Shown: in pieces, positions 18,217 through 26,071 of the stretch
How the letters are laid out: every line of letters begins with the position of its first letter
Position numbering within the stretch: position 1 is the first letter of the stretch
NCBI RefSeq assembly: GCF_000023965.1
Contig: NC_013202.1
Coordinates: 2,730,001 to 2,762,000 of the forward strand
Direction: 5' to 3'
Length of the DNA stretch: 32,000 nt
From: Halomicrobium mukohataei DSM 12286
GTDB taxonomy: Archaea > Halobacteriota > Halobacteria > Halobacteriales > Haloarculaceae
The notes under the pieces: generated by a model
The model's input: the letters and a program-made list of their open reading frames with translations, nothing else
Database searches by the model: none
What the model was told of the DNA's origin: nothing
Position numbers and translations under genes: made by a program

Positions 18217-19982
18217 TGACCGGTCTCGCGACCGTCCCGCCAGTGTTCGTCCTGCTGGCGGTCGCGCTGCTGGTGGCCGTGCTCCCGCGGCGCGTCGGCC
18301 ACGGACTGGGGATCCTCGCGACGGGCGCGCTGGTCCCGTGGTCGCTGTCGATCTCGGCCGGCGTCTACCACGACGTGACCTTCCTTGGGTTCGACGCCGT
18401 CTTGCTGAACGTCGACGAGTTCTCGCGGCTGATGGGCCTGATCTTCGGGATCATCGGTGCCGTGGCGGTGCTGTATTCGCTGGCCAGCGACGCCGAGCGA
18501 GTCCAGACGGCCTTCGCTCTTTCCTACGTCGCGACCAGTGTCGGCGCGGTGTTCGCCGGTGACTGGCTCACCCTCATCTTCTTCTGGGAGCTGATGGCCG
18601 TCACCAGCACGCTGCTGGTCTGGCACTACGGCGGCAAGGCCGTCCGGGCCGGCTTTCGCTACGCCCTGCTCCACGGCCTCGGCGGCAGCCTCCTGATGGG
18701 GGCGATCCTCTGGCACTACAGCGTGGCGGGGACCTTCCTCTTTACCGGCGAGGGAATTGCCGCCGGGCCGGCCGCGATCCTGGCCGCGCTGGGGATCGGC
18801 GTCAACGTCGGCTTCGTGGGCCTGCACACCTGGCTGCCGGACACCTACCCGCGCCCCCACATCGCCGCGAGCGTGTTCCTCTGTGTGTTCACGACCAAGA
18901 CCGGCGTCTACGGGATGTATCGCGCGTTCCCCGACGGCCACCTCCTGATCGCCTACATGGGCGGTGCGATGGCCGTCTTCGGCGTCTGCTACGCCCTGCT
19001 GCAAAACGATATGCGCCGGCTGCTCTCGTATCACATTCAGTCACAGGTGGGCTACATGGTCGCCGGTGTCGGCATCGGATCAGTACTCGGCGTCGGCGGT
19101 GCCTTCGCCCACGTGTTCAACCACATCCTCTACAAGGCCCTGCTGTTCATGACTGCCGGGGTCGTCATCTACCGGACCGGCGAGGAGAGCCTGAAGAAGC
19201 TGGGCGGTCTGGCCCGCGAGATGCCGATCACGGCCGGTGCGTTCAGCGTCGCGGCCCTGTCGATCGCCGGCTTTCCCGGCTTCAACGGCTTCGTCAGCAA
19301 GGGCATCGTCATCTCGGCGAGTCACTACGACTTCAAGAAGGAAGCGCTGGTCCACGTCGGCGAGTACACCGGGCTAGAGTTGCTCCTCTTGCTCGGCGGC
19401 GTGGGCACGTTCATGTCGTTCATCAAGTTCGGCTACTACGCCTTCTTCCACGGCGAGCACGACGGCGAGGTGAGAGACGCCAACCGCGGCCAGAGCGTCG
19501 CGATGGTCGTCGTCGCCGTCCTCTGTGTGGTCTACGGGCTCTACGACACGGCGCTGTTCTCGATTCTCCCCGTCGACGTGACCGCGGCGAGCCTCGCACA
19601 TCCGTACGAGACCTACACGATCCCCCACGTCGCCGAGGGCGTCGTCCTCGCGGTGCTTGGCCTCGTCGGGTTCTACGCCACGAAAAAGCCCCTCTCGAAG
19701 CTCGGACGCGTGCCGGACCTGGACCGCATCTACAACCCGGCGGTGTTCTACGGCGCGCGCGGCGTCGTCCTCGGGACGATCCGACTGTACGGCGCGGTCG
19801 ACCGCGTCGCCGTCCGGACGGCGACCACCGCGACCGCCGTCGCGACCCACCCCGAACGGGTGGCCGAACGGTTCGGAGCCAACAGCCAGGACGACGGTCC
19901 CGTGACCCTGCGGGCCGGCATCGGCCTCAGCGTCCTCGTGCTCGCGCTGTTCGTCGCCGTCGGGCTGATCCTGCTGTTCTGA
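18216..19982 (+). CDS. Mrp subunit A/D-like transporter (NuoL/M/N family), paralog 3, with a C-terminal amphipathic extension plus terminal TM helix
   Basis: Start at the internal ATG overlapping the upstream TGA (TGATG). LHTWLPDTYPRPH, LLSYHIQSQVGYM and HILYKALLFM. The C-terminal about 110 aa (PLSKLGRVPDLDRIYNP...) followed by a final TM helix is reminiscent of a NuoL/MrpA-type lateral extension. Confidence 0.88.
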   Translation: MTGLATVPPVFVLLAVALLVAVLPRRVGHGLGILATGALVPWSLSISAGVYHDVTFLGFDAVLLNVDEFSRLMGLIFGIIGAVAVLYSLASDAERVQTAFALSYVATSVGAVFAGDWLTLIFFWELMAVTSTLLVWHYGGKAVRAGFRYALLHGLGGSLLMGAILWHYSVAGTFLFTGEGIAAGPAAILAALGIGVNVGFVGLHTWLPDTYPRPHIAASVFLCVFTTKTGVYGMYRAFPDGHLLIAYMGGAMAVFGVCYALLQNDMRRLLSYHIQSQVGYMVAGVGIGSVLGVGGAFAHVFNHILYKALLFMTAGVVIYRTGEESLKKLGGLAREMPITAGAFSVAALSIAGFPGFNGFVSKGIVISASHYDFKKEALVHVGEYTGLELLLLLGGVGTFMSFIKFGYYAFFHGEHDGEVRDANRGQSVAMVVVAVLCVVYGLYDTALFSILPVDVTAASLAHPYETYTIPHVAEGVVLAVLGLVGFYATKKPLSKLGRVPDLDRIYNPAVFYGARGVVLGTIRLYGAVDRVAVRTATTATAVATHPERVAERFGANSQDDGPVTLRAGIGLSVLVLALFVAVGLILLF

Positions 19983-20270
19983 CCGCGATCCTCGGGGCCC
20001 GAATCCCCTGCCGAAACGGAACCACCGACAGACGAACGCTGCCGTTCATTCTCTTCGTTGATTCTGTCGCCAACCCGCCGCTGAAGCCCGAGAACAGCGT
20101 CTCAAGCCGTGCCTAATTTTCTGCTTTGATACTGGCGCAAGAGCCTTTATTTACCTGTCTCAGGTATCTCTGGACAAGCGCGTGAGCACCGGACGGCGCG
20201 TCGCAGATGGGATGTCGTGACGACACCCCCGACCGCTCGCCGGCAGGCGCGCGACGAACGGAGACAACAC

Positions 20271-20780
20271 ATGGACGTGAAAGCACTCTTCGACGACGAC
20301 GAGGCCGTGAGCCCGGTGATCGGTGTCATCCTGATGGTGGCCATCACCGTGATCCTCGCGGCCGTGATCGCAACGTTCGTCCTCGGGCTCGGGGACCAGA
20401 TCAGCAACACCGCACCGCAAGCCAGCTTCAGCTTCGACTACACTGAAGATGGAGGTAGTAACGGGGACACCCTTCAAGTGACCCACAACGGCGGTGAGAC
20501 GATCTCACCGAACGAGCTCAAGGGGGCTGCGTCAGGTGCTACGGACTCTGACAACCCCAGTACTGATTACTCGTACGTGGGGGACCTATTCGAATCCAGC
20601 AGCTACTCGGATGTAAACGCTGGCACGAGCGATACAATCGACCACACGTTCTTCGAGGATTCCGGCGGAAGTAATCCCTCCAGCCTCGACCTCAGCGGCG
20701 CGACCGTCCGCGTCACCTACCAGCCCGCAGACGGCGGGAACTCCGCGACGCTCGGTCGCTGGGACGGGGCCGACGCCTAA
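20271..20780 (+). CDS. Archaeal type IV pilin-like protein (DUF1628-type N-terminus), paralog 1
   Basis: Start at the internal Met. [41 protein letters not shown] is the class-III-signal / hydrophobic pilin-like N-terminus. It is followed by ASFSFDY...[11 protein letters not shown] and a Ser/Asp/Thr-rich beta domain. Confidence 0.85.
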   Translation: MDVKALFDDDEAVSPVIGVILMVAITVILAAVIATFVLGLGDQISNTAPQASFSFDYTEDGGSNGDTLQVTHNGGETISPNELKGAASGATDSDNPSTDYSYVGDLFESSSYSDVNAGTSDTIDHTFFEDSGGSNPSSLDLSGATVRVTYQPADGGNSATLGRWDGADA

Positions 20781-20918
20781 CTGACGCCGCCTTTTCTCTC
20801 GGTTTCGCTCGTTATGTCAATCAAGAGGGCAACCGCCGTGGTTATATAGGATCATCCCACATTCCAGTTGTACGAAGGATGGTCGCGTGGGACTGCACCG
20901 GCTGGGGGCCGATACACT

Positions 20919-21512
20919 GTGAGTAACGCCGACGCAACGCAGGCGACGGGCACACCCCGAACGCTCTCGAAGGGCGAGATCTTCGAGGTACTCCAGAACA
21001 AGCGGCGGCGCTACGTCATCCAGTACCTCCGTCGACACGGCGGCCCGGTCGAACTCGGAGAGCTGGCCGACTACGTCGCCTCCCTGGAGTACGACTGCCC
21101 CCAGACCAACGTCACGTCGACCCAGCGAAAGCGCGTGTACACCACGCTCCAGCAGACCCACCTCCCGAAGATGGACAAGGCCGGCATCGTCGCCTACGAC
21201 GCCGACGACGGCGTGATCCAGACGACGCCACAGACCGACGACCTGACGGTGTACCTGGAGATCGTCCCCGGCGGGGAGTTCCCCTGGCGAGAGTTCTACC
21301 TCTCCTTTGGCGCGGTGAGTCTGGCGATCATCGCCACGCTGTGGCTCGGCGTGTTCCCGTTCACGATGGTCTCGCCGCTGGTGTGGGCGACGCTGTTCGC
21401 GGCGATCCTCACCGCCGCAGCGGCCTACCACACCGTCTCCGGCCGGACGATGACGCTCACGGAGTACGACGAGGCCGTCGACGACTGCGACGGCGAGGCC
21501 GACGAGGAGTGA
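20919..21512 (+). CDS. Membrane-tethered winged-helix protein (DUF7344-like HTH plus two C-terminal TM helices)
   Basis: LSKGEIFEVLQNKRRRYVIQYLRRHGGPVELGELADYVA...QRKRVYTTLQQTHLPKMDKAGIVAYD is paralogous to the 4092-4508 product. The C-terminus is FYLSFGAVSLAIIATLWLGVFPF and LVWATLFAAILTAAAAY. The start is uncertain: GTG at 20919, or TTG at 20868 as in the ORF track. TATA box TTATATAG at 20842-20849. Confidence 0.72.
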   Translation: MSNADATQATGTPRTLSKGEIFEVLQNKRRRYVIQYLRRHGGPVELGELADYVASLEYDCPQTNVTSTQRKRVYTTLQQTHLPKMDKAGIVAYDADDGVIQTTPQTDDLTVYLEIVPGGEFPWREFYLSFGAVSLAIIATLWLGVFPFTMVSPLVWATLFAAILTAAAAYHTVSGRTMTLTEYDEAVDDCDGEADEE

Positions 21513-21714
21513 CGCCGTCGGGCGTCGTCGCGTGCGCGCTCGAACAAAACCCAACGACGAAGACCGGCGGCGGGCTCATAGTCGAGTGACGATTGCAGGC
21601 CAGCTGCCACATCGGCCTGTCGTACTCCCGGCGGTAATGCCACGTCACATCGACGTACACGCTATCGGATTGCCGCTGTCATAAAACGTCTACAGTAAAA
21701 AGTCTGCTAACCGA

Positions 21715-22173
21715 TTATGCGGTTGGACCGCTATCGGTCGTCAGCGTAGTCGACGTATCGCTACCGGGTTCCTCGTAGACGAGCGAAATTTCGTAAGCAT
21801 CGCCGTTAACACCGACTATTGTTGACATCCCAGCTTTAATCAGCGACGTGGACCCTGCATCTGCCCCATCATTCCAGCTATCACCTTCGCTCTCAACAGC
21901 AGTGGACGAACTGGCACTATCAACATCACCACGGAAAACAATGTTTTGGGCCTCGATCTGGTCTCCTCCCTGGTGAGTTACTGTCACTTCACCTTTGTCC
22001 GAGTCATATTCAAATCCAAAGCTCGCCTGTGGTGCTTGGCTCGTCTGATCGCCGAGCCCGAGAACGAACGATGCGATCACGGCCGCGAGGATTACAGTGA
22101 TAGCCACCATCAGGATGACCCCGATGACTGGCGACACTGCGTCGTCGTCGTCGAATAATCGTTTCAGATCCAT
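21715..22173 (-). CDS. Archaeal type IV pilin-like protein (DUF1628-type N-terminus), paralog 2, with a low-GC C-terminal domain
   Basis: Start set at ATG 22173 ([41 protein letters not shown]), by analogy with paralog 1. It continues with ASFGFEYDSDKGEVTVTHQGGDQI. TATA-like TTTAATAC (rc of 22203-22210) lies about 33 nt upstream. Confidence 0.85.
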   Translation of the reverse strand: MDLKRLFDDDDAVSPVIGVILMVAITVILAAVIASFVLGLGDQTSQAPQASFGFEYDSDKGEVTVTHQGGDQIEAQNIVFRGDVDSASSSTAVESEGDSWNDGADAGSTSLIKAGMSTIVGVNGDAYEISLVYEEPGSDTSTTLTTDSGPTA

Positions 22174-22506
22174 ATTGTCCACTCCTGTCTCTTACCCGGT
22201 ATGTATTAAAGGGTCCAGTCGGTTTGGCAGTGATTACTGCTCTCAAGCTGGTGTTGAAGGTCCCAAGTGACCCTTGGAAAGAGGATATCACTACTTGAAA
22301 AGGCAGTCCATCCACTATATCTCACTCCCCCGTGGATACTGTTGGACGGCATTTCTCGATGAAATAGGGGGGCCGCTACTACCGATTGCAAATCTGCAAA
22401 TGGGTTCGCCGTCTCAGATAGTGAAGATTTCACAAAGAGATCGCCAACAGTACGAGGATTTTTCCACCGGTGAGCGGCGGCGCTACCTCGTCGTCGACCG
22501 CGACAG

Positions 22507-22514
22507 CTTTATTT
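22507..22514 (+). promoter_or_regulatory. TATA-box-like element (CTTTATTT) about 28 nt upstream of the ATG at 22539
   Basis: AT-rich octamer at canonical spacing from the start codon; leaderless type. Confidence 0.35.
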
Positions 22515-22538
22515 CCCGTGTCGCACTGCCGTGATACG

Positions 22539-23027
22539 ATGGACGTAGACCGGGCCGTCGTCTGGGGAGTCGTCGGACTCGTCGTGGTGACGACGCTCGT
22601 CTCCGGGCCGCTCGTGGGGGCCGTCGATCTGACGAGCGACGCCGAGACGCCCGCGTACGGTGTCGGATCGGTCACGGTCGAGTCGGCGTCGCTGCCAGAG
22701 CGGTCGACGCTGACGGCGGGGCGGTTCGGAGCCGGCGAGTACAGGCTGCAGGTGCCCGACGCCGCGGTGGCGGTCGCCGCCGTCGAGGGCCGGCCGTTGC
22801 TCGTCTACAAGCTGGAGATCAGCGAGCGCGGGTACACGCGATCGACGACGCACTTCCTCTCGGCGGAGAACGTCGGCTCGTACGCGGCGTCGATGTCCGA
22901 CGACACGTTCGCGCCGGACACGGTGAATCAGACGGCCTACGACGGCCGGCTGTCGCTGGTCGTCCGCGCGAACGACAGCAGCCGCGTCGTCGCGGAGCGC
23001 TCGATCAGGGTGGAGGTGATCGAATGA
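22539..23027 (+). CDS. Membrane-anchored hypothetical protein with a pilin-leader-like N-terminus
   Basis: Start at the internal Met. MDVDRAVVWGVVGLVVVTTLVSGP resembles the DRAV + hydrophobic-helix leader of DUF1628 proteins. The rest is a beta-rich extracytoplasmic domain. The stop overlaps the next gene (ATGA). Confidence 0.62.
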   Translation: MDVDRAVVWGVVGLVVVTTLVSGPLVGAVDLTSDAETPAYGVGSVTVESASLPERSTLTAGRFGAGEYRLQVPDAAVAVAAVEGRPLLVYKLEISERGYTRSTTHFLSAENVGSYAASMSDDTFAPDTVNQTAYDGRLSLVVRANDSSRVVAERSIRVEVIE

Positions 23028-24889
23028 TCGACCGCGAGCGGGCGACGCGACTGCGCGGGCTGTCCTACCGGTTCCTCTTTGGCGACCGCGTCGGGCTACT
23101 CGTCTTTCTCGGGAGCCTCTGTCTGTTTCTGGCGCTGTGGCGCACGGCGTTTCTGATCAACGACTCTTACACGATCGCCAACGGGCTGGCCGCCGTCGCC
23201 GACGGCAGCGTCGCGCTGACGGAGCCGGCGTACGGCTCGCTCCGGTCGCCGGGGACGAACTTCTACGGCGGTTCGACGTACTCGCGCAACTACGGCGTGA
23301 TCGTCCTCTCGCTGCCCGTCCTCTACGCACTGGGCGGGATCGAGGCCGTCGCCGACCTCCCCGTCGCGCTGGTGGCGCTCTGGTCACTGCTGGTGTACGG
23401 GACTGTACTCCTCGCCGGCCGGCAGTTCGGTCGCGAGCGCCTCGCACGGCTCGGCGGCGGCTGCGTCGTCGCCGCGGTGTTCCTGCTCAACGTCGCACTC
23501 GTGGAGCCGATCAGCCCCGTTCCCCGCCATCTACTCGCGTTGCAGTTGCTGCACGCGACCGCCGCCGCGTTCGTCGGCGTACTGGCGTTCCGCCTGCTCG
23601 CCTTCACCGACAGTCGACGACGGGGGCTCGTCGCCGCCGTCGCCGCCGTAGGTGGGACGCCGCTGGCGTTCTGGGCGACCGTACCCAAGCGCCACGTCGT
23701 CACGGCCGCGGTCGCGCTGGCGGTCGCGTTCGGGCTGGTGTACAGCCGCGACGCCGATCGCGACTGGGCCTTCGAGGCACGGGCCGTCTGTTACGCGCTG
23801 CTGGCGCTGCTGGCGTGGATTCACGCCCCCGAGGCACTGGTCCTGTTCGTCCCGTTCGTGCTCGTCGACGTACCGACCGCGCCGGACAACGGTCCGCGGA
23901 CTCTGGGTGTACTCGGCGGCGTCTTCCTGCTGGCGCTCGTCCCGCTGTTCGTGACGAACACGCTGATCACCGGCGATCCGCTGACCGTTCCCCGGATGCT
24001 CCGGACCGTCAGCCAGGGGAGCGACATCTCGCTCACCGGCGATCTGTCCTCTGGAGACGCGTCTGGCGGTGGCGACACGACAACCCTCCCCCGGTTCGTG
24101 CTGGTCGGGATCGGACTCGTACAGTCTGCAGTCGAACCGCTCACGAAGCTTCTCGCACTCTTTCGGGCCGGTATCCACTCGCTACAGACGGACCCGACAG
24201 ACGCGTATCGAACGCTGGTTCGGAGCGGGTACATCGAGCACGTCGCCGAGCGCGCCGAGGGGACTCCCGAGGCGAACCTCACGCTGCTGGAGTCGTCCCC
24301 CGTCCTCGCGACGATTGTAGCGGCGGTTTCGACCAGCTTCGTCGCAACCAAACGATCGATCGAACGGCGATCACTGCCAGACGGCGTCACGTCGGCCGAC
24401 GCGTTCCTCGCTCTCGCTGCCGTTGCGCTGACGCTCGTGTACATCGGTTCACTCCCGCTCCACGCACAGGTGACTGTTCGGTACCTGTTCCCCGTCGCTC
24501 CCATCCTCGTCTGCCTCGCCGTGCGGCTCCCACCGGTTGGGCGAGCGCTCGACGCCCACTGGCGGACGGTGCTCTGGAGTTGGAGCGCTGGCGTGCTGAT
24601 CGGCGGCCAGCTCGTCCTCGTCGCGCTCGTCGCGCTCGACGTGGGCCGTGCCGAAGCGTTCCAGTTTCACGCCGTCCTCGGCCTCGCCGTGGCGCTGGCC
24701 CTGGGCAGCTGGTCGCTGGTCTCCGTCGCGACCGAGCGCTTCGACTGGATCGGCGCGGCGCTGTTCGGGCTGGCGCTCGCGTCGTCGACGGCGTTCGTCG
24801 GGTTCGCCGCGATCGAGTACTTCGGTCTCGGCGGCGCACACGCGTTGCCGATGGTGCGGGCGCTGGCCGACGCGATCCCGCTCCGTTGA
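23024..24889 (+). CDS. Large polytopic integral membrane protein (12 or more TM), function unknown; GT-C-like glycosyltransferase architecture is a speculation
   Basis: 621 aa. First TM helix followed by an extracytoplasmic loop (FLINDSYTIANGLAAVADGSVALTEP...), many further TM helices, and a central soluble loop (SQGSDISLTGDLSSGDASGGGDTT...). Translationally coupled to 22539-23027. Confidence 0.78.
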   Translation: MIDRERATRLRGLSYRFLFGDRVGLLVFLGSLCLFLALWRTAFLINDSYTIANGLAAVADGSVALTEPAYGSLRSPGTNFYGGSTYSRNYGVIVLSLPVLYALGGIEAVADLPVALVALWSLLVYGTVLLAGRQFGRERLARLGGGCVVAAVFLLNVALVEPISPVPRHLLALQLLHATAAAFVGVLAFRLLAFTDSRRRGLVAAVAAVGGTPLAFWATVPKRHVVTAAVALAVAFGLVYSRDADRDWAFEARAVCYALLALLAWIHAPEALVLFVPFVLVDVPTAPDNGPRTLGVLGGVFLLALVPLFVTNTLITGDPLTVPRMLRTVSQGSDISLTGDLSSGDASGGGDTTTLPRFVLVGIGLVQSAVEPLTKLLALFRAGIHSLQTDPTDAYRTLVRSGYIEHVAERAEGTPEANLTLLESSPVLATIVAAVSTSFVATKRSIERRSLPDGVTSADAFLALAAVALTLVYIGSLPLHAQVTVRYLFPVAPILVCLAVRLPPVGRALDAHWRTVLWSWSAGVLIGGQLVLVALVALDVGRAEAFQFHAVLGLAVALALGSWSLVSVATERFDWIGAALFGLALASSTAFVGFAAIEYFGLGGAHALPMVRALADAIPLR

Positions 24890-24925
24890 CGACGGGTTTT
24901 TGTGCCGGCTCGAAGTACCGCCGAC

Positions 24926-25495
24926 ATGGATCAGCTCAAGCAGTCGCTGTTGGACGCACCCATCATCGAGAAGGACGGCTACCACTACTTCGTGCATCCG
25001 ATCAGCGACGGCGTTCCGATGCTGCGTCCCGAACTGCTCCGCGAGATCGTCATCAAGATCATCCGCAAGGCCGAACTCGAAGACGTCGACAAGATCGTCA
25101 CGCCGGCCGCGATGGGCATTCACATCTCCACTGCGGTCTCGCTAATGACGGACATCCCCCTCGTCGTCGTCCGCAAGCGCCAGTACGGCCTCGACGGCGA
25201 GGTATCGCTCTCGCAGGTCACCGGCTACTCGGAAAACGAGATGTACGTCAACGACGTCTACGAGGGCGACCGCGTGCTCGTGCTCGACGACGTGCTCTCG
25301 ACCGGCGGCACGCTGGCCGCGCTCACTGGCGCGCTCGAAGACATCGGCGCGGACATCTGTGACATCGTCTGTGTCATCAAGAAGGAGGGCGGCGAGAACA
25401 AGCTCGCAGACGACGGCTACCACGCGAAGACGCTCATCAACGTCGACGTCGTCGACGGCGAGGTCGTCGTGGTCGACGACTACGGCGACGACTAA
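24926..25495 (+). CDS. hpt: Archaeal-type hypoxanthine/guanine phosphoribosyltransferase
   Basis: [31 protein letters not shown]... with PRPP-binding motif [14 protein letters not shown]. Start taken at the ATG rather than the upstream GTG at 24902. TATA-like GTTTTTGT at 24895-24902. Confidence 0.88.
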   Translation: MDQLKQSLLDAPIIEKDGYHYFVHPISDGVPMLRPELLREIVIKIIRKAELEDVDKIVTPAAMGIHISTAVSLMTDIPLVVVRKRQYGLDGEVSLSQVTGYSENEMYVNDVYEGDRVLVLDDVLSTGGTLAALTGALEDIGADICDIVCVIKKEGGENKLADDGYHAKTLINVDVVDGEVVVVDDYGDD

Positions 25496-25985
25496 AAGCG
25501 CCGTCTTCACTGTCGGTCGCGACGAAACCGAACTGGAACGAATCGCCGAAAAACACGAGCGGGACGGGCCGAGGCGTCCGTTCGAGTCCTTCGGCCCGTT
25601 CCGTCGCTCGGACAGAGCGACGCGGCGCGCGCTGTCGCGGCCGCCGTGCCGCGACGACCTTGCGCGAGGGATGAGCGACCGGAGGGAGCGAATCGGTTGG
25701 GGAGGCGTGTGGCTGTCGCGTCTGCTGGCCTGGCGGACGAACGGGCGAGGCGCGGTCGGCGGTTCTGCGCGGGCGCTATCGAACGAGCGTCGCGAGTGAC
25801 GATATCCCGCACAGAACCGTCGAGCGAGTCGAGGGCGTTCAGTAGACGATCCGCCTCGCCGTCGTGATACTGTCGGCGGTGCCGTGCAGACAGAGTCGAA
25901 CTCTCTCGACAGCCGTTCTCTACTCGACTGGATACTGCCCGACTCACTCGTCGCTCTACATCTCGTTCGGTCGGTCGCTCAGAAA

Positions 25986-26071
25986 CTATAGTAGCCATTG
26001 AAAGTCAATGCACACCCGGTCGCACGACAGCAGTGCGATCGGTGTGTAAATCGTTTCAATTGTTACTATAG
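25986..26071. mobile_element. MITE-like palindromic element, copy 3 (86 bp)
   Basis: Same element as at 5448 and 8150, with three or four substitutions. Its right terminus TATAG coincides with the first 5 nt of the tRNA-3'-end repeat array. Confidence 0.75.

Noticed and set aside
22206-22534. Two overlapping ORFs (75 aa minus, 86 aa plus) in the AT-rich spacer upstream of pilin-like gene 2
   Set aside because: Neither is acidic, neither has a recognisable motif or a convincing promoter spacing, and they are mutually exclusive. Left uncalled, but the region is flagged because its composition is foreign.
23137-25362. 741-aa ORF spanning the polytopic membrane protein gene and hpt
   Set aside because: About one third of its residues are Arg, which is incompatible with haloarchaeal proteomes. 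It is out of frame with two genes that have clear features (TM helices; PRPP motif).
25507-25998. 163-aa minus-strand ORF (and the 146-aa plus-strand ORF 25359-25799) in the hpt-tRNA gap
   Set aside because: The start codon lies inside the MITE-like element and most of the sequence is Arg/Ala/Ser/Pro-rich. Only a short N-terminal stretch looks protein-like, and that is mentioned as a possible gene remnant in the findings.
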